This document shows positions 8,942 through 19,583 of a stretch of 35,423 bases of DNA, piece after piece. The first letter of the stretch is position 1. Every line of letters starts with the position of its first letter. This DNA comes from an uncultured Atopobium sp. GTDB lineage: Bacteria; Actinomycetota; Coriobacteriia; Coriobacteriales; Atopobiaceae. The notes beneath the pieces were generated by a model, which saw only the letters and a program-made list of their open reading frames with translations, did no database searches and had not been told where the DNA came from. The stretch spans positions 1-35,423 of the forward strand of contig CALBBS010000271.1 in the NCBI GenBank assembly GCA_937926845.1. Direction: 5' to 3'. The position numbers and the translations under genes are program-made.

Positions 8942-8954
8942 GCAGGTAATTGTA

Positions 8955-9701
8955 GTGCCAAGTTGGAACGTACATATTGCTCATGCTGACCGGCTCCTTG
9001 AGAAAGGAGCCGGTTACTTGGGTGTAGATATTCACTACCCTGATGCATTTCTGCTTGGAAACGTTGCTCCTGATGTGCACATTGGCTTTATGGTTCCAGA
9101 CTATTCTCACAAGGTGAGGTACGGTCGAAGCCATCAGTCATACCCAGGAAGTTTGCCTATTCCAAGTTACAAGCGCTATCAGCGTAATTTTATGGGTGGC
9201 CTTAACCCAGCCGAGTATCTGCTACAGACTGACTTCATCCAGCCAAATGTGAGTTATTGCTCAACTGAGCAGCGCAGCTTAGTAGATCAGCGCCAGCTCA
9301 GAGAGCTTATCGTGGGCATTTGGTGTCACCTTGTTTGCGACCACGTGTATAACACTCATACACGGGCATTTTTGCGTGCTCATCATATTCCAACAGGAGA
9401 AGATGCGCGTATTCGTAAGCAAGCAGATTTTGATGTTTACGGGCGCTCGCTTGATATGAATCGTCTGCCAGAAGCATCTGATGAGCTCTTTGCAGTTGCC
9501 GCTGCTCATCCACAGTATGGGTTTACGCATTCAGATGTTGAGCAAACACTTCAGGTTATACAGCGCATTGCGGAGGAGAATCGCCAGAATAGTGTGAGCT
9601 CCCCGCAGTATCAAATGCTTGATACAGAGTTTTTCTCGTCAGCCTATAAAGAGGCAGAGGAAACGCTAGTTCAAGGATTTATGCTGCAAAAACATAACTA
9701 A
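8955..9701 (+). CDS. Zinc-dependent phospholipase C / P1-nuclease superfamily protein
   Basis: GTG start 13 nt after pheT (the track's 8742 start overlaps pheT). N-terminal PSWNVH, FLLGNVAPD, RSH and GIWCHLVCDH fit the metal-binding pattern of this family. Confidence 0.65.
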   Translation: MPSWNVHIAHADRLLEKGAGYLGVDIHYPDAFLLGNVAPDVHIGFMVPDYSHKVRYGRSHQSYPGSLPIPSYKRYQRNFMGGLNPAEYLLQTDFIQPNVSYCSTEQRSLVDQRQLRELIVGIWCHLVCDHVYNTHTRAFLRAHHIPTGEDARIRKQADFDVYGRSLDMNRLPEASDELFAVAAAHPQYGFTHSDVEQTLQVIQRIAEENRQNSVSSPQYQMLDTEFFSSAYKEAEETLVQGFMLQKHN

Positions 9702-9752
9702 TTCAGTTAAAGTTATATTCTCGCTTTTCTGATATAGGTTTTGGAGGACGCT

Positions 9753-10979
9753 ATGGAAAAGATGGAATCTCGCGGAACATTTACGGAGTATCTGCCTTCA
9801 TACACCATTGGTGTTGATGCTTATAAGTCAGTACTGCACATTGTTAAGCGGTTTGGCAAAAATGCAGTAGTCATTGGTGGACCAACTGCAATGGAGAAGG
9901 CACGTCCAAAGCTTGAGGCTGCACTTGCGGGTTCTGAGGTTTCTATTTCTTCTTGGATTTCTTACGGCACTAACTCTACACACGCAAATGCCAAGAGAAT
10001 TGCAGCGATGCCTGAGATTATTGCTGCTGACATGCTCTTCCTTGTTGGTGGTGGTCGTGCAATTGATGAGGGTAAAGAGATTGCAACCATCCTGGACAAG
10101 CCATACTTTACCTTCCCAACACTTGCTTCTAACTGCGCTCCTGTAACAAGAATTGCTGTTTTTTATAAAGAAGACGGTTCTGCAGATACGTACTTCATTC
10201 CTGCTGAGTTACCTGTTCATACCTTTATTGATACGCAGATTATTGCAGAGAGCCCTGATGAGTACTTCTGGGCAGGAATTGGCGATGCCTTCTCTAAGGG
10301 CCCCGAGGTTGAACTTTCTTCCAGAGAAGTTGAGCTGCTCCACAGCCCTCTTATGGGACGAGCCCTTGCCGCAGGAGCCTGCATTGAGCCTCTGTTTGAC
10401 AATGCAGAGCAGGCACTGGCAGATAAGCGCGCTGGTATTGTTTCTGAAGCATTTGAAAATGTTGTTCTTAATATCATTGTGACTGCTGGTATTGTGTCTA
10501 ATATGACCACCAATCTTGGCGCAGAGCACGGCGCGTATTACTTCAATTCCTCAACCGCTCATGCCTTCTACAATGCCTTTACTGCTCTGGGCGAGCGTGG
10601 CGAGAAACACCTTCATGGTGAGGTTGTTTCCTTTGGTACCTGCGTTCTTTATGCCTTTGACGGCAACCTTAAGGCACTTGAGGAGCAGGTGGCGCTTAAT
10701 AGAAAGCTTGGTCTCCCAACTACCTTGGCCAATCTGGACATTACTCCAGAATCAGTTGACGCTGACCTGGACATCATTGTTGAGCGAGCTCAGAAGACCA
10801 ACGAGTGGGGTCGCGCTCCTTATGGATTTACAACTGATCGCTTCCGCCAGGCAATTCTTGATACCGACGCATACGGTAGGGCAGTTGCTTCTGGCGAGAA
10901 GGACCAAGAGACAGCAGCTCTTGATGTAATTGCTGCGCATGCTCCTTCAGCTGAGACGGCTGTACCACGCAAGATGTAG
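9753..10979 (+). CDS. Glycerol dehydrogenase-like, iron-containing alcohol dehydrogenase superfamily
   Basis: Motifs GGGRAID, FPTLASNCAP, WAGIGDA, AHAFYN, HLHGEVV, LGLPTTL. GGAGG RBS before ATG 9753. Confidence 0.85.
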   Translation: MEKMESRGTFTEYLPSYTIGVDAYKSVLHIVKRFGKNAVVIGGPTAMEKARPKLEAALAGSEVSISSWISYGTNSTHANAKRIAAMPEIIAADMLFLVGGGRAIDEGKEIATILDKPYFTFPTLASNCAPVTRIAVFYKEDGSADTYFIPAELPVHTFIDTQIIAESPDEYFWAGIGDAFSKGPEVELSSREVELLHSPLMGRALAAGACIEPLFDNAEQALADKRAGIVSEAFENVVLNIIVTAGIVSNMTTNLGAEHGAYYFNSSTAHAFYNAFTALGERGEKHLHGEVVSFGTCVLYAFDGNLKALEEQVALNRKLGLPTTLANLDITPESVDADLDIIVERAQKTNEWGRAPYGFTTDRFRQAILDTDAYGRAVASGEKDQETAALDVIAAHAPSAETAVPRKM

Positions 10980-11072
10980 TTGCAAGTAACCTGAAGAGTC
11001 ACTTTAGGAAGAGGACTTGTAGGAGCCAGCTTTCTTAAGTCGCTTCACGGTTATATAAAAAGTTTATGTATC

Positions 11073-11109
11073 AAATGGCAGTTTATTTGGATAAGCTGCC
11101 ATTTCTTTT
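11073..11109 (+). terminator. Intrinsic terminator after the pheST-PLC-dehydrogenase run
   Basis: AAATGGCAGTTTAT-TTGG-ATAAGCTGCCATTT followed by CTTTT. Confidence 0.7.
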
Positions 11110-11320
11110 AGTTGCAAATTTTATTCACTATTATTAACAAAAATCGGCAAAACAAAAAAATAACGCGTACGGTCGTTTTTTATCGGTGAAAGTTATATTG
11201 ACTGTTTGTCACCGTGTTTTACCTTGTAATGGTTTATCTTAGTAACAGTTAACTACGAGTATTTATGGATAACAAAATCTATAAAATGCGTAGATTTCAT
11301 TGATAAGCGCGGGGGTGAGC

Positions 11321-13336
11321 ATGGCAGAGTTAAATGCATCGTTAGCAGTGAGTGACCAGGATACATACTTGTTTGCGCAAGGAAAATGGTTCCAGAGCCA
11401 CAAGAAATTAGGTGCACACCCTGCGGTTCAAGAAGATGGAGTTGAAGGTTATCATTTTGCGGTTTGGGCCCCTAATGCAGCCTCTGTCTCTGTTGTTGGA
11501 GACTTTAATAATTGGGATGATACCGTCAACGTTCTTTCTCGCTCAAAACACGGCGGAATCTGGGAAGGTTTTATTCCAGGAATCACCTCGGAAGTATTGT
11601 ATAAATTCCTGATTGTATCCGCTTCTGGACAGAAGATTTTTAAGGCTGACCCTTATGGTACCTATGCGGAGGTTAGACCACATACGGCATCTATTACGTT
11701 TGACCCAGACGTGTACGTTTGGGAAGACGAAGCATGGATGAAAAGGCGTGCAACACTTAAGTTCCTGCATAGTCCTCTTAACATCTTTGAAGTTCATCTT
11801 GGAAGCTGGAAGCAGCATACTAACCTGACTGCCCAAGAGGAAGATTCTGCTGATACAGAGTCTGTAGAGCAGGCCGAAGAACCCAAGGACTATTTTGACA
11901 CCAACGTAGATTCCTTCTACACCTATGATGATCTCTCAGAAGAGCTGGTAGCCTATGTTAAAGATATGGGCTACACCCACATTGAGCTTCTTCCTGTTAT
12001 GGAGCATCCTTTTGATGGATCTTGGGGTTATCAGGTAACGGGTTATTTTGCTCCCACCTCAAGGTATGGCAATCCTGCCCAGTTCAAACACTTTATTGAC
12101 TGCTGCCACCAGGCTGGTATTGGTGTTATTTTGGACTGGGTCCCAGGAGGCTTCTGTAAAGATGCTCATGGTCTAGCGGAGTTTGATGGTACCAAGCTCT
12201 TTGAAGAAAAAGAGCATCCTAACTGGGGAACTCTTAAGTTTGATCTTACTCGTGGTGAGGTTAGAAGCTTCCTTGTTTCTAACCTGCTCATGTGGCTGAA
12301 AGACTATCACGCTGATGGCATTCGTGTTGACGGTGTCAGTAGCATGCTGTATTTGAATTTTGGTATCGACGATCCTTCTCAGAAGCGCTTTAACCATAAG
12401 GGCACAGAGGAAGATTTGGATGCAAGCGCTTTCTTGCGTCTCTGCAACGAGACAGCTCAAAAAGAACATCCTGATATTTTGATGATTGCAGAAGAGTCCA
12501 CGGCATGGCCGCTGGTTACCTATCCTCCCGAGGTTGGGGGACTTGGCTTTAACCTTAAGTGGGACATGGGTTGGATGAATGATACGCTGCACTATTGTCA
12601 GACTGATTTCCCTTATAGACCAGGTAACCACCGTCTTCTGACCTTCTCCAGCATGTATCAGTTCAATGAGAATTTTGTGCTGCCACTCAGCCATGACGAG
12701 GTTGTGCATGGTAAGTGCAGCCTTATTCAGCGCATGCCTGGAGATTGGTGGAGACAGTTTGCTGGCATGAGGGCTTTGGCGCTTCATCAGATGACTCATC
12801 CGGGCGCTAAGCTCAACTTTATGGGCAACGAGATTGCGCAGTTTATTGAGTGGCGCTACTACGAGGGCATTGAGTATTACCTGACTGAGGAGTATCCAAC
12901 TCACGCTCACCAGCAGGCATTTATTAAGGCTCTTAATCATTTTTATAAGAACCATCCAGGACTTTGGCAGTATGCCTACGACAACCGTGGATTTGATTGG
13001 ATTGACGCAGACAATAATGAGCAATCAATCATCTCTTTTGTTCGTCACGGAAGAAAACCTTCCGAGGACCTGGTTATTCTCATCAATTTTGACGTTGCAA
13101 CCCATCAGAACTTCCGTTTAGGCATGCCTTCTGCAGGCGTGTGGAAAGAAGTATTCAATTCCGACGCAAAAGAGTTTGGCGGTTCGGGTATTGTGAATAC
13201 TAAGAAACTTTCCACCAAGCCAGTGGCATGGAATGGAAGAGATTATTCGGTAGAACTGTCTGTTCCTCCGCTTGGTGGCATTGTTTTAGCGTTTGAGAAA
13301 GAACTTCCAAAGAGGGGGAAGCATGGCCGTAAATAA
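11321..13336 (+). CDS. glgB: 1,4-alpha-glucan branching enzyme (GH13, CBM48)
   Basis: Motifs FAVWAPNA, EVHLGSW, GYTHIELLP, SWGYQ, GIRVDGV, AEEST, WDMGWMND, LSHDEVVHGK. Confidence 0.96.
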   Translation: MAELNASLAVSDQDTYLFAQGKWFQSHKKLGAHPAVQEDGVEGYHFAVWAPNAASVSVVGDFNNWDDTVNVLSRSKHGGIWEGFIPGITSEVLYKFLIVSASGQKIFKADPYGTYAEVRPHTASITFDPDVYVWEDEAWMKRRATLKFLHSPLNIFEVHLGSWKQHTNLTAQEEDSADTESVEQAEEPKDYFDTNVDSFYTYDDLSEELVAYVKDMGYTHIELLPVMEHPFDGSWGYQVTGYFAPTSRYGNPAQFKHFIDCCHQAGIGVILDWVPGGFCKDAHGLAEFDGTKLFEEKEHPNWGTLKFDLTRGEVRSFLVSNLLMWLKDYHADGIRVDGVSSMLYLNFGIDDPSQKRFNHKGTEEDLDASAFLRLCNETAQKEHPDILMIAEESTAWPLVTYPPEVGGLGFNLKWDMGWMNDTLHYCQTDFPYRPGNHRLLTFSSMYQFNENFVLPLSHDEVVHGKCSLIQRMPGDWWRQFAGMRALALHQMTHPGAKLNFMGNEIAQFIEWRYYEGIEYYLTEEYPTHAHQQAFIKALNHFYKNHPGLWQYAYDNRGFDWIDADNNEQSIISFVRHGRKPSEDLVILINFDVATHQNFRLGMPSAGVWKEVFNSDAKEFGGSGIVNTKKLSTKPVAWNGRDYSVELSVPPLGGIVLAFEKELPKRGKHGRK

Positions 13337-15752
13337 CGGACAAAACATTTTTACCGATAAACAAGATTTTGAAGAGCAGTATCGCGATAAGTTCATCAAG
13401 ATTCTTGGCAAATACTATGGAGAGTGCACTGATCAGGAGCGCTATAACGTTCTTGCTCACCTCATTGCAGAAAAGGCGCGAGAAATTCAGTCAACCTCCT
13501 ATATTCACGCTGACAAGCAGGTCTATTACTTTTCCCTTGAGTTCCTTCTAGGACCACTACTTGAGAATTACCTACTCAATCTTGGTATCACCGATGTTGT
13601 TGCAGAGGGCCTTAAAGAGATGGGCACCTCTCTTCAGGAGCTTGCTGCTCAGGAGGTAGACCCTGGCCTTGGCAATGGTGGTCTGGGTAGGCTTGCCGCG
13701 TGCTTCCTGGACTCCATGGCACACGAGGGAATGGCTGGCTTTGGTAATGGCATGAGATACCGCTACGGCCTCTTCCGCCAGGAGATTAAGGATGGACGCC
13801 AGGTAGAGCGTACCGATAACTGGCTGGCAAATGGATATCCTTGGGAAGTCAGAAAAGACGATTCCAGCGTACTGGTGCGCTTTGGTGGCACAGTTGTAAG
13901 GCATGAGGACGAGAACGGAAATTTCTGGTTCTCTCAAGAAGGCGGACAACTTGTTAAGGCTGTCCCCTATGATGTTCCAATTGTTGGTTATGGCGCAAAG
14001 ACCGTAAATAAGCTGCGCCTTTGGTCAGCAGAGCCAGCTGAGGAAGACTTTGATCTTGATGCTTTTAACGCGGGTGATTACGCACGTGCTAATAAATTCC
14101 GTTCTGATGTTGAGGCAATTTCAACCATTCTGTATCCAAATGACTCTGGTGAGCACGGACGCATTCTTCGCTTGAAGCAGGAGTACCTGTTTGTTTCCGC
14201 TGGTCTTCAAACTATTCTTCGCGCTTATAAGAATAAGTACGGTGAGGATTGGGATCACTTTGCAGATCACGTCTGCATCCACACTAACGATACGCATCCA
14301 GCAATGTGCGGACCAGAGCTTATGCGTCTGCTTGTCGATGACCATGGCGTTGACTTTAACGAGGCATTTGATATCGCGAGAAACGCAATCTCTTATACCA
14401 ACCACACCGTTATGCCTGAGGCTCTTGAGAAGTGGCCTATCAACACCTTCCGTGAGCTGCTTCCTCGCCTGTATATGTTTATTGATGAGGTTGATCGCCT
14501 CTATAAGGAGCAGCTGCTTGCTGACTCTAACGGCAACACCGAACTTCTCGCCTCAACAGCTGTTCTGTGGGATAACACCGTTCGTATGGCCAACCTCTCT
14601 ATTCTGTTTAGCCACTCGGTCAATGGTGTCTCTGACCTTCATACAAACATTTTGAAGCAGAGTGTTTTAAAGGATTTCTACAAGCTTCGTCCAGAAATCT
14701 TTAACAACAAGACTAACGGCATCTGCCACCGTCGCTTCTTGGCACAGGCAAACACCTCATATGCAAAGCTTATTTCTGAGGCTATTGGTACCGGTTGGCT
14801 TGATGATGCCAACGAGCTCAAGAAACTTTCTGCTTTTGAGAATAATGCTGAGTTCTTGGACAAGATGGACGCTGCAAAGAGAGAAGAAAAAGAGCGTCTT
14901 GCTGCATACGTCAAGAAGACAACCGGTGTTGAGATGGATACCAATACCATCTTTGATACGCAGGTAAAACGCTTCCATGCATATAAGCGTCAGCTGCTTA
15001 ATGTCTTTAAGATTTTGTATCTCTACAACCGCATGCTTGATGACCCAAGCTATAAGCCAGCACCAACAACCTTTATTTTCTCGGGCAAGGCTGCTCAGAG
15101 CTATACCTTTGCAAAGGAAGTCATTCGACTTATTCACTCCGTTGCGGATGTGGTTAACAACGACGAGCGCATTGAGGGTCGTCTAAAGATTGTCTTTATT
15201 CCAAACTTTGCTGTTTCAAATGCACAGCTTATCTATGCTGCATCTGATATTTCAGAGCAGATTTCGGTTGCTGGTGCAGAGGCTTCTGGTACCTCAAACA
15301 TGAAGCTTATGATGAATGCGGCTCTGACCCTTGGAACCTATGACGGTTCAAATATTGAGATCTCTGAGCTTGCGGGACCAGAGAACATCAAGATTTTTGG
15401 TCTTCGTGCAGACGAGGTCCAGCAGGTATATGCTTCCGGCACCTACTTTGCACAAAACCTGCTTAACCAGAACCCAACGCTGGCTCGCATTGTAAATATG
15501 CTGACCGATGGTTCGTTGAGCCGACTCTCTGGCAACTTTGAGTCAATTCACGACTATCTGTTGATCAACAATGATCCTGACCTGGTGCTTATTGACTTTG
15601 ACGCCTATGTAAAGGCATGGGAAGAGCTTACTCAGTCCTATGCTGATCGTCGCAGCTGGAATGCTCGCGCACTTCACAATACTGCAAACTCTGGTTTCTT
15701 CTCGGCTGATAGAACTATCAGGGAGTACATGGAAGATATTTGGCACGTGTAA
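13323..15752 (+). CDS. glgP: Glycogen/alpha-glucan phosphorylase (GT35)
   Basis: Motifs GLGNGGLGRLAACFLDS, LRLKQEY, NDTHP, YTNHTVMPEALE, KTNG, KRFHAYKRQ; PLP motif EASGTSNMK. GAGGGGG RBS; overlaps the glgB stop. Confidence 0.97.
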   Translation: MAVNNGQNIFTDKQDFEEQYRDKFIKILGKYYGECTDQERYNVLAHLIAEKAREIQSTSYIHADKQVYYFSLEFLLGPLLENYLLNLGITDVVAEGLKEMGTSLQELAAQEVDPGLGNGGLGRLAACFLDSMAHEGMAGFGNGMRYRYGLFRQEIKDGRQVERTDNWLANGYPWEVRKDDSSVLVRFGGTVVRHEDENGNFWFSQEGGQLVKAVPYDVPIVGYGAKTVNKLRLWSAEPAEEDFDLDAFNAGDYARANKFRSDVEAISTILYPNDSGEHGRILRLKQEYLFVSAGLQTILRAYKNKYGEDWDHFADHVCIHTNDTHPAMCGPELMRLLVDDHGVDFNEAFDIARNAISYTNHTVMPEALEKWPINTFRELLPRLYMFIDEVDRLYKEQLLADSNGNTELLASTAVLWDNTVRMANLSILFSHSVNGVSDLHTNILKQSVLKDFYKLRPEIFNNKTNGICHRRFLAQANTSYAKLISEAIGTGWLDDANELKKLSAFENNAEFLDKMDAAKREEKERLAAYVKKTTGVEMDTNTIFDTQVKRFHAYKRQLLNVFKILYLYNRMLDDPSYKPAPTTFIFSGKAAQSYTFAKEVIRLIHSVADVVNNDERIEGRLKIVFIPNFAVSNAQLIYAASDISEQISVAGAEASGTSNMKLMMNAALTLGTYDGSNIEISELAGPENIKIFGLRADEVQQVYASGTYFAQNLLNQNPTLARIVNMLTDGSLSRLSGNFESIHDYLLINNDPDLVLIDFDAYVKAWEELTQSYADRRSWNARALHNTANSGFFSADRTIREYMEDIWHV

Positions 15753-15827
15753 GGATCTGCGTTTAGGTTCAATCGTCGTAGGGCGTTGAGAATATAGGCC
15801 TCTGTTGGGGAGAGAGGAGATTTGGAT

Positions 15828-16976
15828 ATGAGCAAAAGGGAATGTCTTGCAATGCTACTTGCGGGAGGACAGGGAAGCCGCTTAGGTGCTCTGACCTCAA
15901 AAGTAGCTAAACCTGCTGTCTCGTTTGGTGGCAAGTTCCGCATTATTGACTTTGCATTATCCAACTGCGCAAATTCAGGAATTTCTACGGTAGGTGTTTT
16001 GACACAGTACCGTCCGTATTTGCTTCACTCTTACGTGGGATCAGGTAGTGCTTGGGACCTTGATGAGCGCGGTGGTGGAATTTCTATTCTTCCTCCCTTT
16101 GCTACCCAGTCTGGTGGCGCATGGTACGCGGGTACCGCAGATGCTGTCACCCAGAATATAGGCTACATCGAGCAGAACAAACCTGATTACGTACTTATCC
16201 TCTCTGGCGACCAGCTCTACCGTATGGACTACGGCGAGATGCTCGCCTGCCATAAAAAGAACAACGCAGACCTTACGATTGCCGTCATGCCTGTTCCTTG
16301 GGAAGAGGCTTCTCGCTTTGGCATCATGTCCATTGATGATGAGGATAGAATTACCAAGTTTTCCGAGAAACCCAAAGAGCCAGAGTCCAACCTGGCGTCC
16401 ATGGGAATCTATATCTTTAGCGCAGACCTGCTTCTTGAGACCTTGCGTGAGGACGCAAAGAACCCTGAATCTTCTCACGACTTTGGTGGCGATATCATTC
16501 CAGCGTTGCTTGATGATGGCAAGCGTCTGTTTGCCTACCGCTTTGAGGGCTTCTGGCGCGATGTAGGTACCATTGCAAGCTATCACGAGACCAGCATGGA
16601 TTTGCTGGGCTCTGAACCTAAGTTTGACATCTTTTCGGACAAGTTCCCTATTTTGTCCAATGCTTCCACCCGTCCTCCAGCGTATATTGGCGCTTTCGGC
16701 GAGGTAGATGACTGTCTGGTAAGCAACGGTTGCCAGGTCTTTGGTTATTCTCGCCATTCAATTTTGTCTACGGATGCCGTTATTGGCGAGGGAGCTCGCG
16801 TTATTGACTCCGTGCTTCTTCCTGGCGCAAAAGTTAAGCCTGGTGCGGTGGTAATTCGTGCAATCCTTGGTGAGAACGCTGTGGTCGAGAAGAACGTCCA
16901 CGTCGGTAGTTCTGACCTTAATAAAGAGATTGCTGTTGTTGGAAATGATGTAGTGGTTGAAAGAGGTGAGCACTAA
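15828..16976 (+). CDS. glgC: Glucose-1-phosphate adenylyltransferase
   Basis: Motifs [71 protein letters not shown]. Confidence 0.97.
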   Translation: MSKRECLAMLLAGGQGSRLGALTSKVAKPAVSFGGKFRIIDFALSNCANSGISTVGVLTQYRPYLLHSYVGSGSAWDLDERGGGISILPPFATQSGGAWYAGTADAVTQNIGYIEQNKPDYVLILSGDQLYRMDYGEMLACHKKNNADLTIAVMPVPWEEASRFGIMSIDDEDRITKFSEKPKEPESNLASMGIYIFSADLLLETLREDAKNPESSHDFGGDIIPALLDDGKRLFAYRFEGFWRDVGTIASYHETSMDLLGSEPKFDIFSDKFPILSNASTRPPAYIGAFGEVDDCLVSNGCQVFGYSRHSILSTDAVIGEGARVIDSVLLPGAKVKPGAVVIRAILGENAVVEKNVHVGSSDLNKEIAVVGNDVVVERGEH

Positions 16977-18079
16977 TGAAAAGGGTAATTGGACTTATTA
17001 CCTGCAATTATGCTTCTACTAATATGGAAATCGCCAACGATGTACGCCCAATTGCATCTATGCCTTTTTTTGGAAGATATCGCCTGGTAGATTTTCCTCT
17101 TTCAAACATGGTCAATTCTGACATTTGTACCGTTGGCGTAATAATGCCATTTAACTATCGCTCACTTATTGATCACCTTGGCTCTGGTAAAGATTGGAAC
17201 TTGGACCGTAAGAGCGGAGGCTTGTTTATTCTACCTGGCTCTGCTTTTGGCACTTCTCATACGGGAGCGCGCTTTCTGCTGAGAGATCTGATTTCCAACA
17301 GGCCTTATCTTGAGAGAACTGACGCAGAGTATGTTCTGCTGTCCACTTCAAACTTTGTTTTTAACTCTGATCTTACAGAGCTGCTTGATCAGCATCTGGA
17401 GTCTGACGCGGACATTACTATGATGACCTACACCACTCGTTATAACGATAGAGACGTTGTTGGTGTTGAGCTTGACGGTGACCGTGTAGTTAAAACGCAC
17501 AATGGTGTTCAGCGCGGAGACGAGGCTTCTCTTGACTGCTTTATTATCAAGCGTGACCTGCTTATTGATATGCTTGATTGGTATAGAGCTACTGATTATC
17601 TTGATCTTTTTGAGGCACTTCATGCTGACTACAACCGTGTTAAGGTTCGTATCTTCCATTTTGAGGGCCATGTTGCATCTATCTTCTCAAAGAACTCTTA
17701 TTATCAGGCCAACATGGAGCTTTTGAACCCCATGCCAGCAAATGAGCTCTTTACCCCAGAGCGTTCCATTAAGACAAAGGCTCACGATACCGCTCCTGCA
17801 AAATTTGAGATTGGCTCTAAAGTTAGCAACTCAACCATTTCTGCAGGTTGTCGTATCCGTGGATCTGTTACCGGTTCCATCCTTGGTCGTAACGTCATCA
17901 TTGAGCGCGGCGCAGTAGTACGCGATTCTATTGTGATGGAAGGTTGCATTGTTAAGGAAGGTTCTGTAGTCGAGCACGCTATTGTAGACCGTTCTAACAT
18001 TATTCCTGCAGGTACTGAACTTCGTGGTACCAGAGAAGAAATTCTTCTTCAGCGTAAAAACAATAAGAGGGTGGCGTAA
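16976..18079 (+). CDS. glgD: Glucose-1-phosphate adenylyltransferase regulatory subunit
   Basis: GlgC paralogue lacking GGxGxRL; motifs GRYRLVDFPLSN, YRSLIDHLGSGKDWNLDRK, YYQANMELL. TAATG stop/start overlap with glgC. Confidence 0.93.
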   Translation: MKRVIGLITCNYASTNMEIANDVRPIASMPFFGRYRLVDFPLSNMVNSDICTVGVIMPFNYRSLIDHLGSGKDWNLDRKSGGLFILPGSAFGTSHTGARFLLRDLISNRPYLERTDAEYVLLSTSNFVFNSDLTELLDQHLESDADITMMTYTTRYNDRDVVGVELDGDRVVKTHNGVQRGDEASLDCFIIKRDLLIDMLDWYRATDYLDLFEALHADYNRVKVRIFHFEGHVASIFSKNSYYQANMELLNPMPANELFTPERSIKTKAHDTAPAKFEIGSKVSNSTISAGCRIRGSVTGSILGRNVIIERGAVVRDSIVMEGCIVKEGSVVEHAIVDRSNIIPAGTELRGTREEILLQRKNNKRVA

Positions 18080-18081
18080 TA

Positions 18082-19581
18082 ATGTCCCAAGTCTCCAAAC
18101 GTCGCAAACTTCGCGTCGTCTATGCAACTTCTGAGGTAGCACCTTTTTCTAAGACGGGCGGCCTTGGAGATGTCTCGGGTTCATTGCCACAAGCACTTAA
18201 AAAAGTAGGAGCTAGAGTGGCGGTTATTTCGCCACTCTACAGCTCCATTAAGCCCGAGTGGAAACAAAAGATGAAGAAGGTCTACGAGCTTCAGGTGCCT
18301 CTTTCGTGGCGCTTTGAATATTGTGGGCTTTGGCATCTGATTCATGAAGGCGTTGATTTTTACTTTGTAGATAACGAGTCTTACTTTGCTCGTGATGGCC
18401 TTTATGGCTACTTTGATGATGGAGAGCGCTATGCGTTCTTCTCCAAGGCTCTGTGTGAGCTGATTGCACACGTCCCAGAGCTCTCCTGCGACGTTCTGCA
18501 CTGCAATGACTGGCAAACGGCATTAGCACCCGTATTTTTACGCGAGCATTATCAGGGCGTCCCTGAGGTCCAAAACGTTAAGACGGTTTTCTCCATTCAT
18601 AACGTTAAGTTCCAGGGACAGTTTACTGACAAGATGCTCAGTGACGTACTGGGTCTTGCTGATATTCCTGCTGCAGTTGATCAACTGAGGTGCGACGCAA
18701 GCTCTATCAACTTTATGAAGGGCGCACTTTGCTACTCCGATTATCTGCTCACTGTTAGCCCAACGTATGCCCGTGAGCTGCAGACAGAGCACTTCGGAGA
18801 GGGAATGGATGATATCTTCCGTCGTCGTCAAAGTGTTCTGCGTGGTATTTTGAACGGCATTGACATTGGTGCGTGGTCACCTGCAAGCGATCCTTACATT
18901 CCACAGAACTTCTCGGCACGTCATATGGAGGGTAAAGCTGAGTGTAAGCGTCAATTGCAAGAAGAGCTGGGACTTGAGGTAAATCCAGATGTACCTCTTG
19001 CGGTAATGGTTACGCGCTTGACCAACCAGAAGGGTTTGGGCCTGATTCGCTATGCGATGGACCGTCTCATTTGTGCAGGTATTGAAGTTGCTGTTTTAGG
19101 AACGGGCGATGCCGAACAAGAAGATGCTATGCGCTTCTTTGATGAGCACTATGGCAACCGTATGGCTGCACGTATTGAGTTTGATATTGCGCTTTCTCAC
19201 CGCATATATGCAGGTGCGGATATGTTCTTGATGCCATCAGAGTTTGAGCCTTGCGGTCTTTCTCAGATGATTTCTATGCGTTATGGCACGCTTCCTATTG
19301 TTCGCGAGACGGGCGGTCTGGCAGATTCTGTAAAACCGTACAACCAGTTTACGGGAGAAGGAACCGGCTTTAGTTTTGCCAATCAAAACGCAGATGAAAT
19401 GGCAGATATTATTCTGTACGCCGCCGATGTTTATAGAAACGATAAACAAGCGTGGACAAATCTTGTAAAACAGGCGATGGCAGAGGACTTTAGTTGGCAT
19501 AACGCTGCAAATGAATATCTTGACGTGTATCATTTACTACACCCTGAAATTATCAGGTATGTACGTCGTCGAGATTGGTAA
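18082..19581 (+). CDS. glgA: Glycogen synthase (GT5)
   Basis: Motifs SEVAPFSKTGGLGDV, HCNDWQT, SIHN..FQG, TVSPTYA, GILNGID, RLTNQKG, PSEFEPCGLSQ, TGGLAD. Confidence 0.97.
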   Translation: MSQVSKRRKLRVVYATSEVAPFSKTGGLGDVSGSLPQALKKVGARVAVISPLYSSIKPEWKQKMKKVYELQVPLSWRFEYCGLWHLIHEGVDFYFVDNESYFARDGLYGYFDDGERYAFFSKALCELIAHVPELSCDVLHCNDWQTALAPVFLREHYQGVPEVQNVKTVFSIHNVKFQGQFTDKMLSDVLGLADIPAAVDQLRCDASSINFMKGALCYSDYLLTVSPTYARELQTEHFGEGMDDIFRRRQSVLRGILNGIDIGAWSPASDPYIPQNFSARHMEGKAECKRQLQEELGLEVNPDVPLAVMVTRLTNQKGLGLIRYAMDRLICAGIEVAVLGTGDAEQEDAMRFFDEHYGNRMAARIEFDIALSHRIYAGADMFLMPSEFEPCGLSQMISMRYGTLPIVRETGGLADSVKPYNQFTGEGTGFSFANQNADEMADIILYAADVYRNDKQAWTNLVKQAMAEDFSWHNAANEYLDVYHLLHPEIIRYVRRRDW

Positions 19582-19583
19582 GA

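Noticed and set aside
8742..8954. Upstream extension of the PLC-like ORF overlapping pheT (possible overlap or frameshift fusion)
   Set aside because: The family motif begins at GTG 8955, PheT ends normally and I see no slippery site.
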